Below are positions 46,833-55,827 of a stretch of 64,000 bases of DNA, piece by piece. A model generated the notes under the pieces. The model was not told where the DNA came from, searched no databases, and was given only the letters and a program-made list of their open reading frames with translations. Origin of the DNA: Planctomycetota bacterium (GTDB lineage Bacteria; Planctomycetota; UBA1135; GCA-002686595); contig JAKLKU010000009.1 of the NCBI GenBank assembly GCA_023150475.1, forward strand, positions 75,375 to 139,374, in the 5' to 3' direction. Every line of letters starts with the position of its first letter. Position 1 is the first letter of the stretch. Made by a program: the position numbers and the translations under genes.

Positions 46833-48872
46833 ATGACCCACGATCCGAAGACCGTCAAGGTGCCGCCGGAGATGCGCGCGCTCTTCGCGCGCGCCGAAGA
46901 GACCGTCGCTGCGTACTTCGCGAGCAGGCGCGAGGCTCCGGAACACGGCACGATCGAAGTCTTCGACGAGCGTTACGTGCTCGTGCGCGGCGCGTCCTTG
47001 TCGGTCGAGTTCTTCAAGGTCGCGCGCGACCTGTACGGTCCGGGGCGCGAGGAGGAAGCCCAACGTTTCGCGCGCAACATCCTCTTCGACCTCGCGCACG
47101 CCATCGGCAAGTCGGACGCTCAGGCCTTCCACCGCAAGATGGGGCTCGTCGAGCCGACGGCGAGGCTTTCCGCGGGGCCGGTGCACTTCGCACACACCGG
47201 TTGGGCGTTCGTCGACATCCACCCCGAGTCCGCACTGACTTCGGACGAGCACTGCTTCAGCATCTACGACCACCCGTACTCGTTCGAGTCGCACGCTTGG
47301 CTCGCGGCGCGCGAACGCGCCGATTTCCCGGTCTGCATCATGAGCGCGGGATACTCGTCCGGGTGGTGCGAGGAGAGCTACGGCGTCGAACTCGTCGCGG
47401 CGGAGATCCTCTGCCGAGCCCGAGGCGACGAATGCTGCCGTTTCGTGCTCGCCCATCCGAAGCACATCGAGTCCCGCGTGGCGAAGTACCTGCATTCGCG
47501 GCCGGACCTCGTGCCGCGCGCCCGCAACTTCGAGATCCCGGACCTCTTCGCGCGCAAACGGCTCGAAGAGGAGCTCAAACGCAGCCGCGACGAGCTCGAA
47601 GTGCGCGTGATCGAGCGCACCGCGGAGCTCGTGCGCGCGAACGAGCGTCTGCAACGCGAACGCGTCGAGCGCGAGGTCGCGGAAGGACGTCTGCGCCAAG
47701 TCGACAAGCTCGAAGCGATCGGCCGCCTCGCGGGTGGGATCGCGCACGACTTCAACAACTTGCTGACGGTGATCGACGGGTACGCCGAGCTCGCTCGCGG
47801 CTCGCTTTCGGGCGACGCGCCCGCGCATGCCTGCGTCGAGGAGATCCGCGCCGCGTGCAGCCGCGCGAAGTCCCTGACCGCGCAGCTCCTCGCCTTCAGC
47901 CGCCAACAAGTCGCCGCACCGACGGTCGTCGACCTGAACGCGTTGATCGCGAACCTGGTCGTCATGCTGCGCCGTCTGATCGGCGAGGACGTCGAGCTCG
48001 TCGTCGAGAGCGGCCATCCGCTCGAACGCGTCTGGGCGGACCCGACGCAGCTCGAACAAGTGCTCGTCAACTTGATCGTCAACGCGCGCGACGCGCTGCC
48101 GAACGGCGGACGGATCGTGGTCGCGACACGCAACGTCGACGTCGAGCCCGAACGCCGCTTCGGCTTCGACACGCTCGCTCCGGGCCGTTACGTCGAGCTC
48201 TCGGTGCGCGACGACGGCGTCGGCATGGACGAGACGACGCTCGCGCGGCTCTTCGAACCGTTCTTCACGACCAAACCGCGCGGCAAGGGCACCGGGCTCG
48301 GGCTCGCGACCGTGCACGGCATCGTCACGGCCACCGGTGGCGCCATCACCGTCGCGTCGCGGATCGGACGCGGCAGCACGTTCCGCATCGGCCTGCCGAA
48401 GTGCGACGGCGAGCACCCGGGCCGCGGCGCCTTGGGGGCGGTCGCCGGCGGCTCGGGGGTCGGGGGCGCGCAGAGCGCCGGTCGCAGCAGCGGACGCGGC
48501 AGCGGACTCGTGCTCTTCGCGGAGGACGAACCGTCGCTGCGCCGCTTGGTGCTGAACGCGCTCCTCTCCGTCGGTTACGACGTCCTCGAAGCCGCGGACG
48601 GCCGCGAGGCGCTCGAGCGCTTCGGACGCGAGAAGGACCGCATCGACTTGCTGCTCACCGACGTCGTCATGCCGCACTTGAACGGACGCGAGCTCGCGGA
48701 AAGGGTCCGCGCCGAGCGTCCCGACCTGCCGGTGCTCTTGGTTTCGGGCTACACGGACGACCTGATCGACCGGCGCGCGATCGCCGAGGCCGGGTTCGAC
48801 TTCCTGCCGAAGCCGTTCACGATCGCGGAGCTGCTCGCACGCGTCCAGAGCGTGATCGGCGCGCGAAGTTAG
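46833..48872 (+). CDS. Hybrid sensor histidine kinase with XylR-N/V4R-type ligand-binding N-terminus and C-terminal receiver
   Basis: V4R-like 'CIMSAGYSSGWCEESYG...EILCRARGDECCRFVL'. Coiled-coil linker. HisKA 'GGIAHDFNNLLTVI'. HATPase 'GTGLGLATVHGIV'. REC 'VLFAEDEPSLR...DLLLTDVVMPHLNG...PVLLVSGY'. Confidence 0.85.
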   Translation: MTHDPKTVKVPPEMRALFARAEETVAAYFASRREAPEHGTIEVFDERYVLVRGASLSVEFFKVARDLYGPGREEEAQRFARNILFDLAHAIGKSDAQAFHRKMGLVEPTARLSAGPVHFAHTGWAFVDIHPESALTSDEHCFSIYDHPYSFESHAWLAARERADFPVCIMSAGYSSGWCEESYGVELVAAEILCRARGDECCRFVLAHPKHIESRVAKYLHSRPDLVPRARNFEIPDLFARKRLEEELKRSRDELEVRVIERTAELVRANERLQRERVEREVAEGRLRQVDKLEAIGRLAGGIAHDFNNLLTVIDGYAELARGSLSGDAPAHACVEEIRAACSRAKSLTAQLLAFSRQQVAAPTVVDLNALIANLVVMLRRLIGEDVELVVESGHPLERVWADPTQLEQVLVNLIVNARDALPNGGRIVVATRNVDVEPERRFGFDTLAPGRYVELSVRDDGVGMDETTLARLFEPFFTTKPRGKGTGLGLATVHGIVTATGGAITVASRIGRGSTFRIGLPKCDGEHPGRGALGAVAGGSGVGGAQSAGRSSGRGSGLVLFAEDEPSLRRLVLNALLSVGYDVLEAADGREALERFGREKDRIDLLLTDVVMPHLNGRELAERVRAERPDLPVLLVSGYTDDLIDRRAIAEAGFDFLPKPFTIAELLARVQSVIGARS

Positions 48873-48908
48873 ACCGCGGGCTTTACGCTCGGGCCTCGAT
48901 CGGCGAAC

Positions 48909-48946
48909 CTCTCGCGCTTCGCGCGCGGGCCGCAAGCGCGCGAGAG
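48909..48946 (+). terminator. Strong GC hairpin between the kinase gene and prfC (CTCTCGCGC...GCGCGAGAG); possible terminator or attenuator
   Basis: 9-bp perfect inverted repeat with additional inner pairing (GCGCTT/AAGCGC), read directly. No U-tract. It ends 10 nt before the prfC start. Confidence 0.3.
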
Positions 48947-48955
48947 ACGAGCCCG

Positions 48956-50620
48956 ATGACCGACACCACTCCCGCACCCGACCCGCGACTCGACGAACGC
49001 GCGAGCGAACGAGCCGCCGAACGCGCCGACATCGCGCGCGAGATCTCGAAGCGCCGCACGTTCGCGATCATCTCGCACCCCGACGCGGGCAAGACGACGC
49101 TGACCGAGAAGCTCCTGCTGTACTCCGGCCTGATCCGCACCGCCGGCATGGTCAAGGGCCGCAAGGGCAAGCTCGCGACCTCCGACTGGATGGGGATGGA
49201 GCAGGAGCGCGGCATCTCGATCACGTCGTCGGCGATGCAGTTCCCGTACAAGGGCGCGTTGATCAACGTGCTCGACACGCCGGGCCACCAGGACTTCAGC
49301 GAGGACACGTACCGCACGCTGACCGCCGCCGATTCCGCCGTAATGGTGCTCGATGCCGCGAAAGGCGTCGAGACGCAGACGCGCAAGCTCTTCGAGGTCT
49401 GTCGGCTGCGCAAGATCCCGGTGCTGACGTTCGTCAACAAGCTCGACTTGCCCGGCCGCGAGCCGCTCGACTTGATGCACGAAGTCGAAGAAGTGCTCGG
49501 CATCCACTCGACGGCGCTCAACTGGCCGATCGGCCAAGGCCGCGACTTCGCCGGCGTGATCGAGCGCAAGCCCGAAGGCGGGCTCGGCCAAGTGTTGCTC
49601 TTCACCAAGACGGCGGCGGCGGGCGCGCAGAAGGCCGAGCTCGAGCGGCTCGACTTCGACGATCCGCGGCTGCTCGAGCGCGTCGATCCGGCCGTGCTCG
49701 AACGCGCGCGGCACGACCTCGAGCTCCTCGACGTCGCGGGCAATCCGTTCTCTCGCGCGGCGTTCCTGAAGGGCGAAGTCACGCCGGTGTTCTTCGGCTC
49801 CGCCTTGACCAACTTCGGCGTCGAGCCGTTCTTCGACGCGTTCGCGGAGCTCGCGCCCGCGCCGTCCGCGCGGCCGGTCGACTTGCCCGACGGCGGCGAA
49901 CGCGCGCTCGATCCGGTCGCGGAGCCGTTCAGCGGCTACGTGTTCAAGATCCAAGCGAACATGGACAAGCGCCACCGCGACTGCCTCGCGTTCGTCCGCG
50001 TGTGCTCCGGACGCTTCGAGCGCGATCAGCTCGTCCATCACCATCGGCTCGACAAGGACGTGCGCCTCTCGCGGCCGCACTCGATGGTCGCGCAGGAGCG
50101 CAACACGCTCGACGCGGCGTATCCGGGCGACATCGTCGGCCTGATCAACCGCGGCACGTTCCGCATCGGCGACACGATCTCCGAGCGCGGCGGCTTCGAG
50201 CACAAGGCGTTGCCGCACTTCCAGCCTGAAGTCTTCGCGCGGATCTCGCCGAAGGACCTCGGCAAGCGCAAGGCGTTCGACAAGGGGCTCGAGCAGTTGA
50301 TCGCCGAAGGCGCGGTGCAACGGCTCTACACCGAGGAGCGCTCGAACAGCGACCCGTTGCTCGCCGCGGTCGGCAAGCTGCAGTTCGAAGTGCTCGAGTA
50401 CCGGCTGCGCGACGAGTATGGCGTCGACACGCGGCTCACCCCGTTGCCCTACGAGTGCAGCGCGTGGCTCGAAGGCGATCCGAAGACGTTCGTCGAGCCG
50501 ACGACGTCGATGTTGACCAAGGACGACAAGGGCCGCGTCGTCGTGCTCTTCATGACCGAGTGGGAGAAGCAGTCCGCCGCGCGCCGCAATCCGCAGCACA
50601 AGCTGGTCGACATCGCGTGA
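48956..50620 (+). CDS. prfC: Peptide chain release factor 3
   Basis: '[23 protein letters not shown]', '[17 protein letters not shown]', '[17 protein letters not shown]' and 'TFVNKLD'. Confidence 0.95.
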   Translation: MTDTTPAPDPRLDERASERAAERADIAREISKRRTFAIISHPDAGKTTLTEKLLLYSGLIRTAGMVKGRKGKLATSDWMGMEQERGISITSSAMQFPYKGALINVLDTPGHQDFSEDTYRTLTAADSAVMVLDAAKGVETQTRKLFEVCRLRKIPVLTFVNKLDLPGREPLDLMHEVEEVLGIHSTALNWPIGQGRDFAGVIERKPEGGLGQVLLFTKTAAAGAQKAELERLDFDDPRLLERVDPAVLERARHDLELLDVAGNPFSRAAFLKGEVTPVFFGSALTNFGVEPFFDAFAELAPAPSARPVDLPDGGERALDPVAEPFSGYVFKIQANMDKRHRDCLAFVRVCSGRFERDQLVHHHRLDKDVRLSRPHSMVAQERNTLDAAYPGDIVGLINRGTFRIGDTISERGGFEHKALPHFQPEVFARISPKDLGKRKAFDKGLEQLIAEGAVQRLYTEERSNSDPLLAAVGKLQFEVLEYRLRDEYGVDTRLTPLPYECSAWLEGDPKTFVEPTTSMLTKDDKGRVVVLFMTEWEKQSAARRNPQHKLVDIA

Positions 50621-50922
50621 GCGAGCCGGCGCGAGCTCGCCAGCGTTCGCGCGCCGCGGAGCGAGGCTGGACCGTCTACGTGCTCGTCTCGAAGGTCTCG
50701 AACCGCACGTACGTCGGCATCGCGCTCGATCCGAAGGTGCGGCTCGCACAGCACAACGGCGAGCTCCCCGGCGGCGCGAAAACGACCCGCGCGCATCGTC
50801 CTTGGCGACTCGCGAAGCGCTACGGCCCGTTCGAGGCCCGCGGTGAAGCGCAGCGCGTCGAACACGCGGTCAAACGCCTCCGTGGTCTCGCGCGTTGCCG
50901 GGCGCAAGTCGAACTCGACTGA
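50617..50922 (+). CDS. GIY-YIG nuclease-domain small protein
   Basis: '[31 protein letters not shown]'. The GTG start overlaps the prfC stop (GTGA at 50617-50620). The exact start is uncertain. Confidence 0.6.
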   Translation: MSEPARARQRSRAAERGWTVYVLVSKVSNRTYVGIALDPKVRLAQHNGELPGGAKTTRAHRPWRLAKRYGPFEARGEAQRVEHAVKRLRGLARCRAQVELD

Positions 50923-51067
50923 CCGCGCGTGATACGGTCCGACGAGCTGGAGCGGTCCCACGGCGGACCTCGGTCGCTGCGCACCCCGACGGAGACCGCA
51001 CCGCATGGAACGGACGCGCACGTGGGGCGAGATTCGACGCCGAGGCTCGCCACCGGAGGAGGTCGTG

Positions 51068-52330
51068 ATGTCGCTGCTCGGCGTGAGTTCGGTGCTCTTG
51101 GGGTGCGCGACGGTCGCGGCGGGCGGCGTGGGGTTCGAACGGAGACTCGAACTCGTCGCTCCCGATGGTGCGCCGCGCGACGGCTTCGGCACCGCGGTGG
51201 CACTCGACGCGGGGCGCGCGCTGGTCGGCGCTCCGGGCCGTGACGGCGCGGCGGGAGTCGACAGCGGCGGCGCGTACGTCTTCGAGCGCACGTCGACGGG
51301 TACGTGGGCGTGTGCCGCGGTGCTCGTGCCGAGCGACGCCCATTCCGGAGCGCGAGCAGGCGTCGCCGTGGCGCTCGACGGCCAGCGCGCTCTGGTCGGG
51401 GCGCCGCACCTCGGCAAAGGGTTCGCCTACGTCTTCGAGCGGTTGCCTTCGGGCGCATGGCTCGAGACCCAGAAGATCGTCGGGTTCGACGCGCAGCCCG
51501 GCGACCTCTTCGGCGCCTCCGTCGCGCTCGACGGCGACATGCTGTGGTGCGGCGCGCCGCTGAACGACCATGGCGCCGGTCCCGACTGCGGCATGGTGTA
51601 CGACTACCGCTTGGTCGGCTCGAGCTGGGTGCACGTCCAGGAAACGCAGAGTTACGAGGGCGATCGACTCGGATCGGCGGTCGCGCTCGACGGGCTGCGC
51701 GGAATCGCCGGCGCGCCGGAAGCGCAGAAGACGTGGAACGAACGCACCGGTCGATTGCTCGTGCTCGAGTGGGACCCGGTCGAGCTCTGGAAGCACACCG
51801 CTTGGTTGGTGCCCGCCGGCGCGCAGGTCGCCGATCGCTTCGGCGACGCGCTCGCGCTCGACGGAGCCCGGATCGTCGCCGGCGCGCCGGGACACGCTGC
51901 GTCGGGTGTGCCGGACGCCGGAGCGGCATACGTGTTCGAACGCTCGGCCGACGGCGTGTGGAGCGAGATCGCGACGCTGCTGGCGCGTGATCCGACGAAC
52001 GCAGCGGCGTTCGGGTGCTCGGTCGCCCTCCACGGCGAGCGAGCGTTCGTCGGCGCCGCGGACGCGCCGAATCCGTTCGGCGCGCGGGCGGGCGCCGTCT
52101 ACGCGTTCGACCGCGCCGCCGACGGCACGTGGCACGAGTCGGCGAAGTTCGCGCGGCTCGACGGGCGAGCCGGTGATCGGCTCGGTGCCGCCGTCGCGAT
52201 CGACCGCTCGCGCGGCGGAGCGGCCGGGCCAGTCGGAACGCTCGCGCTGCTCGGGGCGCCGGGAAGCACGAGTCCGGTCGCCGAACGCGCCGGCATGGCG
52301 TGGCTCGTGCTGGTCGCGGCGGAGGAGTGA
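51068..52330 (+). CDS. Secreted FG-GAP-like repeat (beta-propeller) protein
   Basis: GGAGGAGG precedes the ATG. Signal-like 'MSLLGVSSVLLGCATVAAG'. Six or more repeats of the pattern 'FG.AVALDG.RALVGAP....GA.YVFER'. Confidence 0.6.
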   Translation: MSLLGVSSVLLGCATVAAGGVGFERRLELVAPDGAPRDGFGTAVALDAGRALVGAPGRDGAAGVDSGGAYVFERTSTGTWACAAVLVPSDAHSGARAGVAVALDGQRALVGAPHLGKGFAYVFERLPSGAWLETQKIVGFDAQPGDLFGASVALDGDMLWCGAPLNDHGAGPDCGMVYDYRLVGSSWVHVQETQSYEGDRLGSAVALDGLRGIAGAPEAQKTWNERTGRLLVLEWDPVELWKHTAWLVPAGAQVADRFGDALALDGARIVAGAPGHAASGVPDAGAAYVFERSADGVWSEIATLLARDPTNAAAFGCSVALHGERAFVGAADAPNPFGARAGAVYAFDRAADGTWHESAKFARLDGRAGDRLGAAVAIDRSRGGAAGPVGTLALLGAPGSTSPVAERAGMAWLVLVAAEE

Positions 52331-52331
52331 C

Positions 52332-53474
52332 TCAGCGCCACTCGGCGACGAACAAGTTGGTCTCGCCTTGTTCGGTGCCGCCGCGGTTCGACGCGAACAC
52401 GAGCCACTTGCCGTCCGGCGAGAAGATCGGGAACGAGTCGAAGCCCTTGTACGTCGTGATGCGCTCGAGGTTCGAGCCGTCGACGTCGACCGCAAAGAGG
52501 TCGAACTCGAACTTGCGCTCGCTCGTGTCGTGGTGGTTCGTCGAGAAGATGATGCGGCGATCGCCGGGGAAGAAGTACGGCGCCCACGACGCGCCGTCGA
52601 GGTCGGTGACCTTGCGCCGGTTCGAGCCGTCGACGTCGCACACGTAGAGGTCGAGCCGGTGCGGCCGGATCTTGTGCTTCTTCAGGAGCTCGACGTACTG
52701 CTCGCGCGTGCCGATCATGTCGCCGTTCGCGCCAGGTTCGACGAAGTGCGTGGCGCGGAAGACGAGCTTGGTGCCGTCGTGGCTGAAGAACGCGCCGCCG
52801 TCGTAGCCGAGCTCGTGGGTGACTTGCTTCAAGTCGCCGCCGGCGAGGTCGCAGGTCCAGAGCTCGATGTCCCCGGAGCGATCCGACGTGAACACGATCC
52901 GGTCGCCTTTCGGCGAGACGGTCGCTTCGGCGTCGTAGCCCCACGTGTCGGTCAGCCGGCGCTCGCGACCGCTCGTGAGCTCGTGGATCCAGATGTCGTA
53001 CTCGGGGTGCAACGCCCACACGTAACCGTCGGACTTGTCCGGCGGCGGCGGGCACACTTCGTGGAACGCTTGCGTCGACGCGAAGAGCACTTCGCGGTCG
53101 CCGGGCATGAAGTAGGCGCACGTCGTGACGCCTTTGCCGTTCGACACGGGCTCGAGCGGCGCGATGCCGGTCGAGTCGCCGCCTTTGGCGTCGGTCACGA
53201 AAATGCGGTCGCACTTCTGGTCGCCGAAGCGCCGCTGCAGGGAGAGGCGATCACCGGCGAAGCTCCAGTAGCCTTCGGCGTTCTCGCCGCCCTTCGTGAT
53301 CTGCCACAGATGCGCGAAGTGTCGTTCGTCGGGTTGGATCAAGTGATCGACCGAGCGCAGGCCGGCGATCGGCGGCGAGCTCTCGCGCGTCTTCGAGCTC
53401 GCGCACGCGGCGAGGGTGAGACCGAGGGAGGCGCAGGCGAGCCGTTCGAGCGGCTTTCGGAGCGAGTTCTTCAT
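52332..53474 (-). CDS. TolB-like PD40 (WD40-like) beta-propeller lipoprotein
   Basis: Lipobox 'LGLTLAACAS'. PD40 repeats 'GAFFSHDGTKLVFRA', 'APYFFPGDRRIIFSTN' and 'FPIFSPDGKWLVFASNRGG'. ATGA overlap with the yidD stop (53471-53474). Confidence 0.7.
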   Translation of the reverse strand: MKNSLRKPLERLACASLGLTLAACASSKTRESSPPIAGLRSVDHLIQPDERHFAHLWQITKGGENAEGYWSFAGDRLSLQRRFGDQKCDRIFVTDAKGGDSTGIAPLEPVSNGKGVTTCAYFMPGDREVLFASTQAFHEVCPPPPDKSDGYVWALHPEYDIWIHELTSGRERRLTDTWGYDAEATVSPKGDRIVFTSDRSGDIELWTCDLAGGDLKQVTHELGYDGGAFFSHDGTKLVFRATHFVEPGANGDMIGTREQYVELLKKHKIRPHRLDLYVCDVDGSNRRKVTDLDGASWAPYFFPGDRRIIFSTNHHDTSERKFEFDLFAVDVDGSNLERITTYKGFDSFPIFSPDGKWLVFASNRGGTEQGETNLFVAEWR

Positions 53475-53833
53475 CGCTTGGGCTTCGGAGTTTCGGGCAC
53501 GGGTTCGGTGGTGGGTCCGGGCGCGGCGTTCGTCGCGGGGCCTTGATCCGACATCCCGCGCTCTCGCACCGGCGGTTTCAAGGGGCCGGCGTGCCAGAAC
53601 CTGCGCGGGAGTGCGACGGGCACCGGGTCGAAGCCTTCGCGCGCGAACGGTTGGCAACGCAGGATGCGCCACAGCGCGAGCCACGAGCCATGCCAGGCGC
53701 CGTGACGCGACAGCGCTTCGATCGCGTATTGACTGCACGTCGGCGCGAAGCGACAGGTCGCGGGCTTGAGCGGCGAGAGGAAGCGCCGGTAACCGCGGAT
53801 CGGCCACGCGAGCACGCGTCCGACGAGGCTCAC
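53471..53833 (-). CDS. yidD: Membrane protein insertion efficiency factor YidD (with Pro/Thr-rich C-terminal tail)
   Basis: 'IRGYRRFLSPLKPATCRFAPTCSQYAIEAL..HG' is the family signature. The GTG start overlaps the rnpA stop (GTGA). Confidence 0.85.
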   Translation of the reverse strand: MSLVGRVLAWPIRGYRRFLSPLKPATCRFAPTCSQYAIEALSRHGAWHGSWLALWRILRCQPFAREGFDPVPVALPRRFWHAGPLKPPVRERGMSDQGPATNAAPGPTTEPVPETPKPKR

Positions 53834-54357
53834 GGCGCGGACTCGCGGCGTGGGTCCACCGGAGCCGGCGCGGGGGCCACCGGCGCCGGGCCCGGCGCCG
53901 CAGAATTTGGCGCCGCAGAGTCTGGCGCCGCGTCGCTCGCGCGGCGCGCGTCTGCGATGGCGTGCGCTCGGCGTTCTTCGGCGCGGGCCGCGGCCTTGCG
54001 CGCGAGCCGCACGAGCTCCTCGCGCGTCGGCGCGAGCTCCGGTTCGAGCTTCGGCGCCGCAGGGATCAGGACGAAGTCGAAGCCGAGGGGCAGGCGCGTC
54101 TGCTCGAGGCGGAACGCTTCGCGAAAGATGCGGCGGATGCGATTGCGGCGCACGGCGCTCTTCCAGATCGCCCGGCCGACCGAGAGACCGAGACGCGAAC
54201 GATCGAGGCCGTTCGCGCGCGCGACGACCGTGAGGATCGAGCCTTTCGCTCGCGAGCCTTCGCGATACGCACGCTGGAAGTCCACGAGCCCGCGCATGCG
54301 CGCGGCACGCGGATGCTTGGCGCGCGCGGCGCCGCGGCTCTTCTCGTTGGTGCCCAT
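53830..54357 (-). CDS. rnpA: Ribonuclease P protein component (with Ala/Pro-rich C-terminal tail)
   Basis: 'GLSVGRAIWKSAVRRNRIRRIFREAFR' (RNR motif region). An alternative start is the Met at 54297 ('MRGLVDFQRAY'). Confidence 0.8.
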   Translation of the reverse strand: MGTNEKSRGAARAKHPRAARMRGLVDFQRAYREGSRAKGSILTVVARANGLDRSRLGLSVGRAIWKSAVRRNRIRRIFREAFRLEQTRLPLGFDFVLIPAAPKLEPELAPTREELVRLARKAAARAEERRAHAIADARRASDAAPDSAAPNSAAPGPAPVAPAPAPVDPRRESAP

Positions 54358-54404
54358 CGACGAGCCGCCTATCCTAGTGCGCGGTCCCCCGACCTCGTTC
54401 GCGG

Positions 54405-55715
54405 ATGTCCCAAGCCGAGCCCGTTCCGAACCCGTCCGCGACGCCGAGCGCCGCAGCGCACGCGTGCGCCGGGCACGCGTGCGCCGGGCACGTGAGCGCC
54501 GGGCATGTGAGCGCCGGGCACGCGATCTGCGGTCACTGGATCGGCGGCGCGTGGCGCGCCAGTACCGGCGACATCGACTTCACGACGCGGCATGCGGCTC
54601 GACGCTGGCCGCGCGGCAACGCGCAGGACGCGCTCGTGGCGCTGGACTCGGCCGCGAGCGCGCTCGCGAAGTGGACCGCGAGCGCACGACGCGAACGGAT
54701 CGCCGCGCTGCGTCGTCTGCTCGGCGCGCTCGAATCCGACGGCACGCTCGTCGAGAGTTTCCGCGCGGCGTTCGCCTGCGACGACGACGAAGCGCGCTCG
54801 TGGTGCGAGCGCGAGCTCTTCGCGGCGCGCCAAGCGCTCGAAATCGTCGCCGACGACGTCGCGGAGCGCCGCGAGCTCGTCGTCTGCGGCGCACACTGGA
54901 GCGACGGCGTCGGCCGGCTCCTGGCGCGCGTGATCGGCGCGCTCGCGTCGGGCGCGACGCTCGCGGTTGCGTCCGACGGGCTCTTTCCCGACGGCGCCGC
55001 GGCGTTGGCGCGCGCGGCGCAAGCGAGCGAGCTCCCGCCCGGCGTGATGAACATCCTGTTCGACGACGGGCGCGCGGTGCTCGACGCGTGGCTCGGCGAT
55101 CCGCGGGTCGACCGGGCGCGCCTCGCCGGCACCGAAACGCGCCTCGCGGCGCTCGCGCGGGCCGCCCGGCCGGGGCTCGTCCTGGCGCTCAAACCGGCGG
55201 TGTCGACGTCGCTCGCGCTGCCCGACGCGTGCGACCCTCGCGAGGCCGCGGCGGCGGCAGTCGAGACTTCGTTCTCGCGCTCCGGTACACTTTCCGGCCA
55301 GCTACCCGGCCGTCACGGCCGGGTCCTGTGCCCCAAAAGGCACTTCTCGCGCTTCTGCGAGGAGCTCCTGGCGGCCCTCGATCGGCACCCGGACGTCGCT
55401 CGTCCGCTGCCGCTCTTCGAGCCCGACGCCCTGGAGAGCCTGGAGGAGGCCTGGTTCCTCGGTCTGGACGAGGGGGCGACGCCGCTTGCGGGCGGCCCGC
55501 CCTGGTTCGTGCCGCAGGAAGGCGATCGGGGGGGCGGCCCCGGCGGGGACCGCAGGAGCGGGCGCCGCGCGCTCGGAGTGCGACCGGTGGTGTTCACCCA
55601 CGTCGACCCGAAGTCGCGCAGCGGACGCTTCCGGCGGGCCGTGCCGGTGCTCTGGCTCATGCGCGTGCCGGACGCGCGGGCGGGCGAAGAGCTCGCTCGG
55701 CGGCTGGACGCCTGA
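54405..55715 (+). CDS. Aldehyde-dehydrogenase-fold protein, apparently lacking catalytic Glu and Cys (putative pseudoenzyme)
   Basis: ALDH-like layout: 'HWIGGAW', 'A..ALD.A..A...W', 'R..IL.RL' and 'PPGVMNILFDDG'. The 'ELGGK' position reads 'ALKPA' and the 'GQxC' position reads 'GQLP' in my by-eye alignment. Confidence 0.55.
   Translation: MSQAEPVPNPSATPSAAAHACAGHACAGHVSAGHVSAGHAICGHWIGGAWRASTGDIDFTTRHAARRWPRGNAQDALVALDSAASALAKWTASARRERIAALRRLLGALESDGTLVESFRAAFACDDDEARSWCERELFAARQALEIVADDVAERRELVVCGAHWSDGVGRLLARVIGALASGATLAVASDGLFPDGAAALARAAQASELPPGVMNILFDDGRAVLDAWLGDPRVDRARLAGTETRLAALARAARPGLVLALKPAVSTSLALPDACDPREAAAAAVETSFSRSGTLSGQLPGRHGRVLCPKRHFSRFCEELLAALDRHPDVARPLPLFEPDALESLEEAWFLGLDEGATPLAGGPPWFVPQEGDRGGGPGGDRRSGRRALGVRPVVFTHVDPKSRSGRFRRAVPVLWLMRVPDARAGEELARRLDA
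54459..54518 (+). repeat. In-frame 15-bp tandem repeat x4 encoding (HACAG)2(HVSAG)2
   Basis: Units read directly: cacgcgtgcgccggg x2, cacgtgagcgccggg, catgtgagcgccggg. They lie at codons 19-38 of the ALDH-like gene. Confidence 0.9.
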
Positions 55716-55827
55716 GCCGGGGTCCTTCGGTGCGAGGCCGGAGGCGGTCGATGGGGGACGGCGACGTCCGGGTGACCGGGCGGCGCGCCATGCCTCGGCT
55801 TTGGACTCCAAACGCACGACGAACGCC

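Noticed and set aside
54358-54404. rpmH (ribosomal protein L34), expected upstream of rnpA.
   Set aside because: Only 47 nt are available before the divergent ALDH-like gene. No frame encodes the Lys/Arg-rich L34 signature, and the N-terminal extension of the rnpA ORF does not match it either.
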